From positions 21,797 through 85,796 of the forward strand of contig CATMOE010000008.1 in assembly GCA_950072105.1 (NCBI GenBank): 64,000 nt of DNA, read 5' to 3'. The position numbers were made by a program, and so were the translations under genes. The DNA comes from an uncultured Dehalococcoidia bacterium. Lineage in GTDB: Bacteria; Chloroflexota; Dehalococcoidia; Lucifugimonadales; UBA3495. This document shows positions 39,383-48,434 of the stretch, one piece after another (the first letter of the stretch is position 1; every line of letters starts with the position of its first letter). The notes beneath the pieces are model-generated. The model was not told the origin of the DNA and made no database searches. It worked only from the letters and a program-made list of their open reading frames with translations.

Positions 39383-39418
39383 CTTCCCTCCATCCTGCCT
39401 GGAATACTGGCGCATGTT

Positions 39419-39432
39419 AGCACGGGCGTTCT
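39419..39432 (-). promoter_or_regulatory. Putative LexA (SOS) box overlapping recA promoter
   Basis: AGAACGCCCGTGCT, one mismatch from GAAC-N4-GTTC, overlapping an extended -10 TGCTAACAT. Confidence 0.6.
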
Positions 39433-39538
39433 AATACCTACAAGGTTCAAATGTCATAGTGTTTTGGAGGAGGATTATTTTGCTTGAATGCCAACTTTGA
39501 TAGTTGGATCTGATGCTTCCGGGCCAACCGGTCCGAGA

Positions 39539-39778
39539 CTAGAACTCTCAATTCCCGCCTTTGAAGCCGATTGTCGCTTCACCGTTCTCAACGATCACGG
39601 GAGTGACTCTTTCGCCGCCGGTTAGGCTGAGCAGGTCGTCGATCTTGTCCCTTTCCTTGGAAACATCTATTTCCACAAAAGATACACCGCGGTGCCGATA
39701 GTCCATCTTGGCTGCTGACGAGTAGGCGCAATCTGGGTGGGTATAGATAGTAACGGTAGTTTCGCTGGATTGGGTCAC
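39539..39778 (-). CDS. Glutaredoxin-like probable selenoprotein with C-terminal U-x-x-stop
   Basis: GTG after GGGAG; HPDCAYS, RVTPVI, GFKGGN-TGA-GAG-TTC-TAG; SECIS-like hairpin after UGA. Confidence 0.75.
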
Positions 39779-39971
39779 GTTAGACTCCCTTGAAATCAGA
39801 TTGGGTATGGTCTTATTGTAAGGTCGCACGCCCGGATGTTCAACGAGATAATCTGCCGATGGTCCTGAATTTCGTGGTATGCTTTTTTGGAGCTACTTTA
39901 GAGAAGCTTCAACTCCCTCCGGCCAATCTTCCGGCTCTTATACAGGGCCGGAAGGGCCACATTGAGCGATT

Positions 39972-41150
39972 ATGCCATCCACCGACCGATTGCTAGCCGA
40001 ACTTGGCGAGTTGCTGACGGAAAATGCCATCGGCGTGGGGCGTTTGACTCCCAGACCCAGGGGCGGAAGATTGACTGGGGATCCGAGGCGGGTTCTGGAA
40101 CAGACGTTGGCCCTCCTTGAAAACACCCCCTCTTCTCGGGGCTGCTTGGTCTACGGCAATGGTTGCTTTGCCGTGGGGCGATATACCGATGCGGCCGCGG
40201 TTTATCAAGGCATCTTGACGGTCCAGTCAGATGACCTAGACGCTAGGTTTAATCTGGGCCTGACCCATCTCCGGCTTAAGGATCCCGGGCGGGCGGTGGA
40301 GAACCTAAATCTGGTTCTTGCCCAGGATCCTTCAATGGCCGAAGCTCACTATCAACTGGGAAACGCCTACGACGATATGGGCGAAGGGGAATCGGCTCTG
40401 GCAGGGTACGACCAAGCCAAAGCATTGCAACCCGGCTACCTTCAGGCCATCTACAACAAGGGCGTGTCTCTGGCCAAGCTGGGGCGGCACCATGAAGCAG
40501 TGGCGGAGTTCGACCAAGCGGTTGCCCTCCGGCCAGGTTTGTCCAACGCCTACATGAACCGGGGGGCCTCCCTGGACGAGCTGGGGCGGCATCAAGACGC
40601 GATCAACGACTACACCGTGGCTATCGAATGCAATCCCGAAAACGCCGACGCCTATTTCAATCGGGCCCGAACCAATTATTACTTGGAAAATATGGAGGAC
40701 ACCATTGAGGATTATTCCAAGGTGCTGAGCCTCACTCCCGATGACGCGGAAGCCTACAACAACCGTGGTTTGGCCTTCGACGCCTTGGGCGATTATGACC
40801 TGGCTTTGGAGGATTACGGTAGGGCCGTAACCTTGCGGCCAGATTTCGCTGAGTCACTAAGCAATAGAGGAGCGGCTTCGGAGGCCCTGGGGAAAACGGA
40901 GGAGGCGCTGGACGACTACCTGGCGGCTTTAACAGCGGCGCCCAACTTCGCGGCCGCTCATTACAATGCCGCCAGGCTATACGCTCGATTAAGGGATGTC
41001 GATCAATGCCTTCCCCATTTGGAAAAAGCGATGCGGCTGGTCCCGGAACTGCGCTCGGATGCAGACGAAGATGACGAATTGGGCTGGGTCTTGAAGCTAC
41101 GCCAGCTTAAGCAAGAGCGGGGAAGGGGTACCGGAGAAGCCGGCGCCTAG
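39972..41150 (+). CDS. Tetratricopeptide repeat protein
   Basis: Multiple 34-aa AYxNRG/AxxNLG repeats. Confidence 0.9.
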   Translation: MPSTDRLLAELGELLTENAIGVGRLTPRPRGGRLTGDPRRVLEQTLALLENTPSSRGCLVYGNGCFAVGRYTDAAAVYQGILTVQSDDLDARFNLGLTHLRLKDPGRAVENLNLVLAQDPSMAEAHYQLGNAYDDMGEGESALAGYDQAKALQPGYLQAIYNKGVSLAKLGRHHEAVAEFDQAVALRPGLSNAYMNRGASLDELGRHQDAINDYTVAIECNPENADAYFNRARTNYYLENMEDTIEDYSKVLSLTPDDAEAYNNRGLAFDALGDYDLALEDYGRAVTLRPDFAESLSNRGAASEALGKTEEALDDYLAALTAAPNFAAAHYNAARLYARLRDVDQCLPHLEKAMRLVPELRSDADEDDELGWVLKLRQLKQERGRGTGEAGA

Positions 41151-41857
41151 CGGTTCTCCGGCGCGACCGGACCCAGGTCTGGATCCGCATCCAGGTCGGG
41201 TTCCAACTCCAGGTCGAGGAGGATCTCTTCCTCTCCTGGAAGGCTCAGTCTGCGCCGGCGGGCAATGTTACTGCGGATGAGGACCAATCCGGCCAGAACG
41301 GTCAGTCCCAATACCAGATCGCGGTCAATCTGATAGTAAAAGCTCAGAGCGGTCAAGAAGACGTAGCAGGCAGCGATTCCCCAAGATGAACGCCAGATCG
41401 ATCTCCGCATCAGAAGAATCACCGCTACCCCGATAGCCACACCCAGTGGAGCCAAGCTCGGCATAAGAGCCAGAGTTATGCCCATGAGGGAAGCCATCCC
41501 GTCTCCGCCGCGAAACCCGGCGAACAAGGATTTCCAGTGGCCGATGATCGCGGCTGCCCCCACCAATAAAATCAGGAGACTAGGAACGTCCAGCAAATGG
41601 GCGATAATGATTGCGGCCGAACCTTTGGCCACATCCCCGATAAACACCACCGAGCCTGTACGGTGGCCGACGTTCCAGAATACGTTGGCTGTACCGGCCT
41701 CGTTGCTGCCGGTGGAGAATATGTCCACTCCCCGCAACCGCGCCGCGATCAGCGCGAAGGGGATTGAGCCTAAAAGATAGCCGACCAGAACGGCGGCGAT
41801 AACTTTTTGAATTACTACGTAGTCTATGGGCACTGACCTACCATCACCTGGATGCAA
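41147..41857 (-). CDS. plsY: Second PlsY-like acyltransferase
   Basis: YLLGSIPF, DIFSTGSNEAGTANV, DVAKG, GHWKSLFAGFRGGDG; start uncertain. Confidence 0.8.
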   Translation of the reverse strand: MHPGDGRSVPIDYVVIQKVIAAVLVGYLLGSIPFALIAARLRGVDIFSTGSNEAGTANVFWNVGHRTGSVVFIGDVAKGSAAIIIAHLLDVPSLLILLVGAAAIIGHWKSLFAGFRGGDGMASLMGITLALMPSLAPLGVAIGVAVILLMRRSIWRSSWGIAACYVFLTALSFYYQIDRDLVLGLTVLAGLVLIRSNIARRRRLSLPGEEEILLDLELEPDLDADPDLGPVAPENR

Positions 41858-42033
41858 AGTCGGCTGGAACTAGTGTGATCCTTACTTAGATAATACAGCA
41901 GCCAAGCCTCAAGGGGAATAGCAATGGCCTCGAATCCGGCTTCCATTCTGACCACGGCATGTTCGATTATGGTCCAATTCGCCAAGTAAGATTGTGGCCA
42001 ATCACAATGGCCCTAAGGCTCCGAATAAATGCA

Positions 42034-42061
42034 AAGGCCTCGGGGATTTCCCCGAGGCCTT
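42034..42061 (-). terminator. Intrinsic terminator-like hairpin after the repeat protein gene
   Basis: AAGGCCTCGGGGA-TT-TCCCCGAGGCCTT. Confidence 0.65.
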
Positions 42062-42149
42062 CGGTTGCTGCCGCAGACTGTTCGGCTGGTAGGGGCAATT
42101 ACCGGCCGTCTCCGCCTAACGGAAGCTGGGCGCCCTTATGTAGGAAACT

Positions 42150-42743
42150 TTACTCTGATTCGCCGGTGATTGGGTGGAAGTTCTCTTCCGCCATGCCGAA
42201 GGAACCGACGTTCATGCCCGCGTTGTCCGTCTCTAGTTCACCGGAAACCGGGTGGTAGTACTCCTCACCCAAACTCGGGGAGCCGATATCCAACTTTCCC
42301 GAAATCGGGGAGGTCTCTTCGCCGGTGACCGGGTTGAAATACTCTTCGCCTAGGTCGAAGGAACTTACTTTAATGCTTCCAACGGCCTCGGAGATGTTCT
42401 CACCAGTGACCGAGTGAAAATTCTCTTCGCCCGGCCCCCAGAAGGCAAGACGCTCGATGCTCAACGGTCTGGCCAGAACGCCCATGGAACGCTGGATGAT
42501 CTGGTTGGGAAGCAGTCCGGTGGGCTCACCGGTTACTGGGTTGAACCACTCTTCCCCAAGTTCTGTCTGGACCGACAATTGATTCTCGGATGCCTGAACC
42601 TGTCCTGGTGTAAATCCTGGCGCCGTTACCGCCACCATTGCGGCCCCCAGAACCAATGCCCCCAGGAATTTGGCTAGTGTGTTGTGTTTGATCCCGTTGG
42701 TGAGTCCTAATTTTGCCCTTTTTATCTGAGTTGTGATTTTCAT
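42150..42743 (-). CDS. Secreted protein with five GEExF(H/N)PVTGE repeats
   Basis: Basic N-region, hydrophobic stretch, VQA cleavage-like site; repeats at aa 62, 104, 131, 158, 184. Confidence 0.75.
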   Translation of the reverse strand: MKITTQIKRAKLGLTNGIKHNTLAKFLGALVLGAAMVAVTAPGFTPGQVQASENQLSVQTELGEEWFNPVTGEPTGLLPNQIIQRSMGVLARPLSIERLAFWGPGEENFHSVTGENISEAVGSIKVSSFDLGEEYFNPVTGEETSPISGKLDIGSPSLGEEYYHPVSGELETDNAGMNVGSFGMAEENFHPITGESE

Positions 42744-43113
42744 TCCGGTTGCCCCATCAAATCTATGGGATTCCCGCTGTTCCCCTGTTCTCGGTTGCTT
42801 GCCCCGTTTGTCGTCCCTTTCATGGTTGCCCCTCCACTTATTTGCTATGCCGGTAGCTTATCGAAGGCAAGCTGGCGCAACATCCAGGAGATTACTGATT
42901 TCTTAAAAGTAGCCAAAATCCCGAAATTGGCCGGCCTCAGTAAGATTACGGAGACTTCTAAGTAGTTCCAACGAGAGCCTAATGGGACAAGCGGAAGAAA
43001 GGCGTGGACAGAAGACTGGGGCAGACGGTTGAGTTGCTGGGAGGTTCTGCTCGGCAGATAAACGTATCTGGGGTGACGTCTTTAGCGGGGAGATTGGGAG
43101 GGGGTAGATCGGC

Positions 43114-46059
43114 CTATACCAGACCCCGCTGGTTGGCGTATGACGCCGCCTCGGTCCGGTTTGCGGCGTTGGTCTTGTTCAGGATATTTCCCACGTGGGT
43201 GGAAACCGTCCGCACACCTATGAATAGCTCTTCAGAGATTTCCCTGTCGGTCTTGCCGGAGGAGATCAGGCGCAGTACCTCTACCTCGCGCTGGGTCAGA
43301 CCGTCGGGATAGGCCGGGGCTCTTTCCGGTAGCAACCCGGCTTTTTCCTGGAGTGCCGACACCCGCGCCATCAAGGGAAGCATGCCCAGATCGGTGGAGA
43401 TGGATCGTGCTTCTTCCAGCAACAGTATCGCCTTGGAGCGGTCACCTGGACCCTGGTATTCCAAGAGCGTTTCGGCGTAGTCGTGATAGCTCCATGCCAA
43501 CTCGGGCCGGTAGCCAGCCCCCCGGCAGAATTCCAAAGCGTTCTCGAAGTGTTCGATAGCCCATTCGAACTTGCCTATGGTCCGGGCTACCAATCCCAGG
43601 ACCCGGTCGCCGTTTAGGCCATCGAGTTGAGTGCCTGCGCTTGATTGCAAGGCGGGGTAATGCTCGCTCGCTACCTCAGCGTCCCCCCGAATCACGGCGA
43701 TCAGCGCCAATCCCCATCTGGCGTACCTGATGATAAAGGGTGTCGCGGATTCCGCCGATAGCACCGTCGCCGCGGCGTCCTCAGCTATGTGTAGCCGGTC
43801 CACCTCGCCGGTGATGCGGGCAACGACGGGTATCATTAGAGCTGCCGATGCGTGATCATATCTGGGTCCGGAAGTTACGAGGCGGAGGGTCTCCACGAGG
43901 CCTTCCAGGTACTCGTTACCTTCGTCCAGGTTCCCGGTCTCGTACTCTAGTACCATTCTTGTGACGAGGAGGCGGGCATCTGACGGCGACAACAATAGGC
44001 CACGGCGGTTAAATTCTCTGGCGGCCTGCCAGTCACCCTCGTATCGTGAGGCGAATTCGTTGAGCCAAAGGGCAGTAGCCAGCCAATAGTGGCCACGCAA
44101 GTCCTCAGCCTTAGACAGAATCGCCGCTGCATGATGCTGTCCCTCTTTGGATCTTCCTGTGTTTAGCAGAGCAATTCCAACCCAAAACCTGGCGGCCACC
44201 TCTGACACCTGGTCGTCAGTACGATCGGCCAGTTCAATGGCGCGTAGACCCTTAGCTATGGTTTCCTCGAGGTGTAGGTGCCAATAATCTACATCTGAGG
44301 AGTGAGCCAAGGTCCGCATCTCCAGGGCCAAGTCCCCGGTACGTTGGGCGATGGCCAAAGCTTTGTCGAACGCGTCCATTGCGCCCTCGTAATCTCCTTC
44401 TCCCAGTCCCAGGCCAAGGACATATCTAGACAATAGGCGCCCAGCCTCCGGAGAATCCGGATCTATAAGTCGCAAGGCACGGGACACAAGATCCACGCCG
44501 CCGTGGTGACCCGCAATCTGGTGCAGGGGATACTCCGCAACGGCTACGGCGCCAGCCACATCGTCCTCGCCGGCGTAGATCTCAAAGGCCTTCCCCATGC
44601 TAGTAAAAGCTACGTCGAGCTGTTGCCTACCCAGTGCGGCTCCTTGGGCTCGTCCAAGGCCAAACAGCGCCGCTGCCATCCCGGCGTCGCCGGGCTGCCT
44701 TTCTGTGGCCGAGAGCGCGCGTTGGAAGTGAACCAGAGCTTCTTCAAAAGCATGGGTTGCCAATGCGTGTTCTCCTGCTAGCAGGGCGTAACGCACCAGG
44801 TTCTCGGGCCCAAGGACAGCTTCAGCTTCGCCAAAATGGAACGCCAACGCGCCGGCATGCCTCTCGGTATCGGCCGCCGTACATCTCTTCTAGGGCTCCA
44901 CCTATGCGGGCGTGCGGACGCGCCCGGCGGGTAGCGGACAGTTCTTCGGCTAGCGTTTGCTGGATCAAGGCGTGGCTAAAACGGTGTAGGCCCGGCGTGC
45001 CCGGCGTCTCTTCAATCACCCGTGCTGCTAGTGCCTGGTCCAAAGCCTCCAATATCAGGTCCTCGGAAATACCGTCAGATAATGTGTTCAACAGCCGGAA
45101 GTCAAACTCCCGGCCGATCACCGAAGCGATGGTCAATGCTCGGATGCAGTCGTCCGGCAACCGGTTGAGACGCTGCCCTATCACGTCCCGGACACCCTCA
45201 GGAATGCTGAATTCAGTGGAATGGGCCGCGTCGTCAGCTAACTCTTGCCGCTCCGCTAAAAGCCTTACCACTTCGGATATGAAAAAAGGATTGCCTTCAG
45301 TGCGGGAATGAATGGTTTCAACCAAACCTTGAGCATGCGTTTCCCCGTCGGTCCCATCAATAAACCGGCCGGTTTCTTCCTGGCTCAGTCCCAGCAACTG
45401 CTGCCTCTGAAACACCGGCTGGCGGGACAGTTGGGCGAGAGTTTCGGACAGAGGGTGCTGTCTGGAAAGCTCCATATCTCGATACGTGCCGACAACCAAT
45501 AACCTGCTCTCAACCATCTGCCGGGCCAAAAACTCCAACAGCAAGAGCGAAGGCTTGTCGGCCCAGTGCAGGTCGTCCAGGATAGCAAGAGGGGTTGGTC
45601 CGAGGCCGCGTTCTTCAAGAAGGCCGCGATTGAGTCAAACAGCCGGAAGCGGGCCTGTTCCGGATCTAGATATGGGGGTGGCGCCAGGTCCGGAAGTTTT
45701 TGGCGCACCTCGGGGACGATCTCCGCGATGTCGGCGGCGCCCGGCCCCATCTTTGTTTGCAACCGCTGGGGGTCGCACTGCCCCACGTAGTCTCGGATGG
45801 GTTGGACCCACGGTCAGAAAGGCGGTGCGCCTTCCTGTTCGTAACACCAACCCCAAAGAACCTGAACGCCTTGCCGTCCGGCGTGGGACGCTAATTCCTG
45901 GGCGGTACGGGTCTTGCCGATGCCCGGCTCACCGGCCAGCATGACCAACCGTCCCTGGCCGGACAGGGCGTCATTCAGGGCTGACGTCAGCTCAGCCATC
46001 TCCCGCCGACGGCCTACGAAGACCTGGGCTATATCGCTGTTGGGACGAATCTCTGCCAT
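43114..46059 (-). pseudogene. AAA ATPase-TPR-LuxR HTH regulator, disrupted
   Basis: GEPGIGKT at N-terminus, LTQREVEVL..TVSTHVGNILNK LuxR HTH at C-terminus; TGA at 45814-45816 and frameshifts near 45582 and 44874. Confidence 0.85.
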
Positions 46060-46318
46060 GCAGCAACTACCGAAATTGTATTTAATTCAGGCCACTGGTC
46101 CAGGTATGGGGAAATGTTACGTTGGAGGTGACGGGTTGTCCAGCAAGAAATAAAACCCATAAACACGGGACCTGGCCGGTAAGTTGGCAATCAATGCTGA
46201 GCCCTGGGCGGGATCGCCAATGAGGGTGTAAACTTGGGACTTCTACGGGACTTGGTTTTAGCGATTCCTTGCGTCTCACGCGATTTTTGAAATGCGAATG
46301 AATAGAGGAGTTTTACAC

Positions 46319-46768
46319 ATGGAAATAGAGAACAAACTCAAAGCGATGGGACTGGAGCTACCTGCCGCCGGAACCCCGCCGGCGGGCCGCGCCGGGGCGG
46401 TCCAAGTTGGGAACATACTTTTCGTCGGCGGGCACACGGCGGGGGCAACGTACCGGGGCAAGCTGGGAGCGGAGATATCCGTGGAGCAAGGTTACGAAGC
46501 CGCTAAAGAAGCGTGCCTCAACTGTCTAGCCGATGTGAAAGCCGCGATCGGTGACCTGGATAAGGTGAAGCAGGTGGCCAAGCTGCTGTGTATGATTAAC
46601 GCCGTTCCCGATTTCGGCCAGCAACCCTTGGTCGCCAATGGAGCCACCGACCTTCTGAGCGAGTTATTCGGTGACGCCGGGGCACACGCCAGGTCCGCCG
46701 TGGGGATGGGTTCGCTACCCAACGGGGTCTGCATCGAGATTGAGATGATTCTGGAAATATCGGACTAA
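46319..46768 (+). CDS. RidA/YjgF-family protein
   Basis: GKLGAEISVEQG, NGATDLL, HARSAVGMGSLP; ATG after GAGGAG. Confidence 0.9.
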   Translation: MEIENKLKAMGLELPAAGTPPAGRAGAVQVGNILFVGGHTAGATYRGKLGAEISVEQGYEAAKEACLNCLADVKAAIGDLDKVKQVAKLLCMINAVPDFGQQPLVANGATDLLSELFGDAGAHARSAVGMGSLPNGVCIEIEMILEISD

Positions 46769-46800
46769 GCTGATCGGTCTGAAGCCCGGAAATATCTACC

Positions 46801-47523
46801 ATGGCTGAACCCGCAGGGCAGGTGACGGTCACTTATTACGGCCACTGTGCCTTCCTGTGGGAGACCAGCCAGGGCGCCAGGGTGCTGGTTGACCCCTACC
46901 GGAACCGGGAAGACCGCTACTGGTTCACCCGTAAGTTTCCAAGCATCCCTTGCGATCTGGGCCTGATAACCCATGCCCATTTCGACCACGACGCCGCAGA
47001 CCGTTTGCCGGAGACCGCTTCCCTCCTCCGGATGCCGGGGGAGGTGAGCTACCGGGATTTTTCGGTTCGGGGGATCGGGGATCTCCATTCCAATCCTCGA
47101 GGCAACACACCCAATTTCCCTAACGTGATGTTCCGGTTTGAGGCCGGCGGCCTGCGCTTTCTGCATATCGGCGACAACCGGGCCGACTGGCCCGGCGATG
47201 TGGCCGAGTCGGTGGGCGAAGTGGATGTCCTAATGGTCACCGTGGACGATTCCAATCATCTTCTTACTTACCGGGAAGTGGACTCCCTCATCGACCGGCT
47301 GAGTCCCAAGGTAGTGATTCCCATGCACTATCAGATCCCGGGACTGGTACCAGACTCGGCCGGTCTATTGCCCCCCGACGGTTGGCTGGCGACGCACCCA
47401 GGGGTGAAGCGATTGGGACACCATTCTGCTCTTTTTTCCGGGGCAGACCTGCCCGGCAACACCGAGATCTGGGTCTTTGATCCGTCACCAGAATCTTTGG
47501 CGGCGTCCTTGACAAGCCCTTGA
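46801..47523 (+). CDS. MBL-fold metallo-hydrolase
   Basis: GHCAF, THAHFDHD, HIGD, IPMHY. Confidence 0.88.
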   Translation: MAEPAGQVTVTYYGHCAFLWETSQGARVLVDPYRNREDRYWFTRKFPSIPCDLGLITHAHFDHDAADRLPETASLLRMPGEVSYRDFSVRGIGDLHSNPRGNTPNFPNVMFRFEAGGLRFLHIGDNRADWPGDVAESVGEVDVLMVTVDDSNHLLTYREVDSLIDRLSPKVVIPMHYQIPGLVPDSAGLLPPDGWLATHPGVKRLGHHSALFSGADLPGNTEIWVFDPSPESLAASLTSP

Positions 47524-47678
47524 TATCCCCATTGAAAGATTCTTAGGCTGGCCAAGACCGGAGAAGCAGCCCGATAAAACTCGGGAACACAGGCTCAGAT
47601 AGGCGCCATCCCCGTCCTCGGATCAACGAAAAAAGCGGCATCCACCACAAACCCGCAAAACGTAGTAAAATAAACGGC

Positions 47679-47981
47679 ATGATGGACCTAAAGTCTTGGT
47701 TGGGCGAACAAAGCATAAGTGTGCGGGAGTTTGCCTTGGAACTAGAGGTGCCGCTTAAGACTGCCCAAGATTGGGTATATCGAGGCGTCGCGCCGTCTGC
47801 GGAAAACCGCGACAGGCTCAGCGGCTTCATCTCTTCTCGTTGTGCCCACCATTGGGTCATCGACGCCGCTAACGGTCACACCAGCCGTGGTGTGTGCAAG
47901 ATATGTGATGAAGTTCGGGAGTTTGAAAACTCAACCGAGGCGTCGTTGTGGATACCTCCTAAACGTACATCCAGTGCCTAG
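47679..47981 (+). CDS. Small HTH protein with C-terminal Zn-ribbon
   Basis: SVREFALELEVPLKTAQDWV (HTH) plus CAHHW..CKIC. Confidence 0.7.
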   Translation: MMDLKSWLGEQSISVREFALELEVPLKTAQDWVYRGVAPSAENRDRLSGFISSRCAHHWVIDAANGHTSRGVCKICDEVREFENSTEASLWIPPKRTSSA

Positions 47982-48434
47982 TCCCTCCCCTTAACCACCT
48001 TGGACCAACTCTTCGTATCTAACCCCGCCATCTTGGATCTAGCAACAGACGTTGTACGGCGAGTACGAAGTATCACTGCCTTAAGAACTGCAAGGGCCCC
48101 ATCGCCAATTTCCCTCAGACGCCCCACATCATGTCGAGCCGCCATCACTGTGGCAGGATGTCGTGGTTTGCGAATTCATCTATCCCGGTAGTCCGGAGAC
48201 CCGTTCGGGATGGTAGAATGTCGGTCAAATGGGCCGGAGTATCACCGTCAATCTTACCCACTCGGCAACGGCGAAGACGATGATCTCATGGTCCGAACAA
48301 GGAATTGGTTCCTTTGGTTCACCTATAGCGGCCCCTACAACCCGATATGAATCATTGCTGGGCCACTGCGCCGGTCCAACGGGCGTTCACGGTTAATCGA
48401 TCCACCATCATTTAATCTGAGGGAGCATCAGCGA

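Noticed and set aside
42150..42560. CRISPR-like array in the repeat region
   Set aside because: Repeats are conserved at protein level with synonymous variation; no identical DNA repeats and no cas genes.
45814..45816. In-frame TGA as Trp/Sec recoding
   Set aside because: TGA is a normal stop in many genes here, and the same gene has two frameshifts.
48200..48434. Riboswitch (e.g. TPP) in the long leader of the transketolase-like gene
   Set aside because: No recognisable aptamer core such as CUGAGA..CCUGAA seen.
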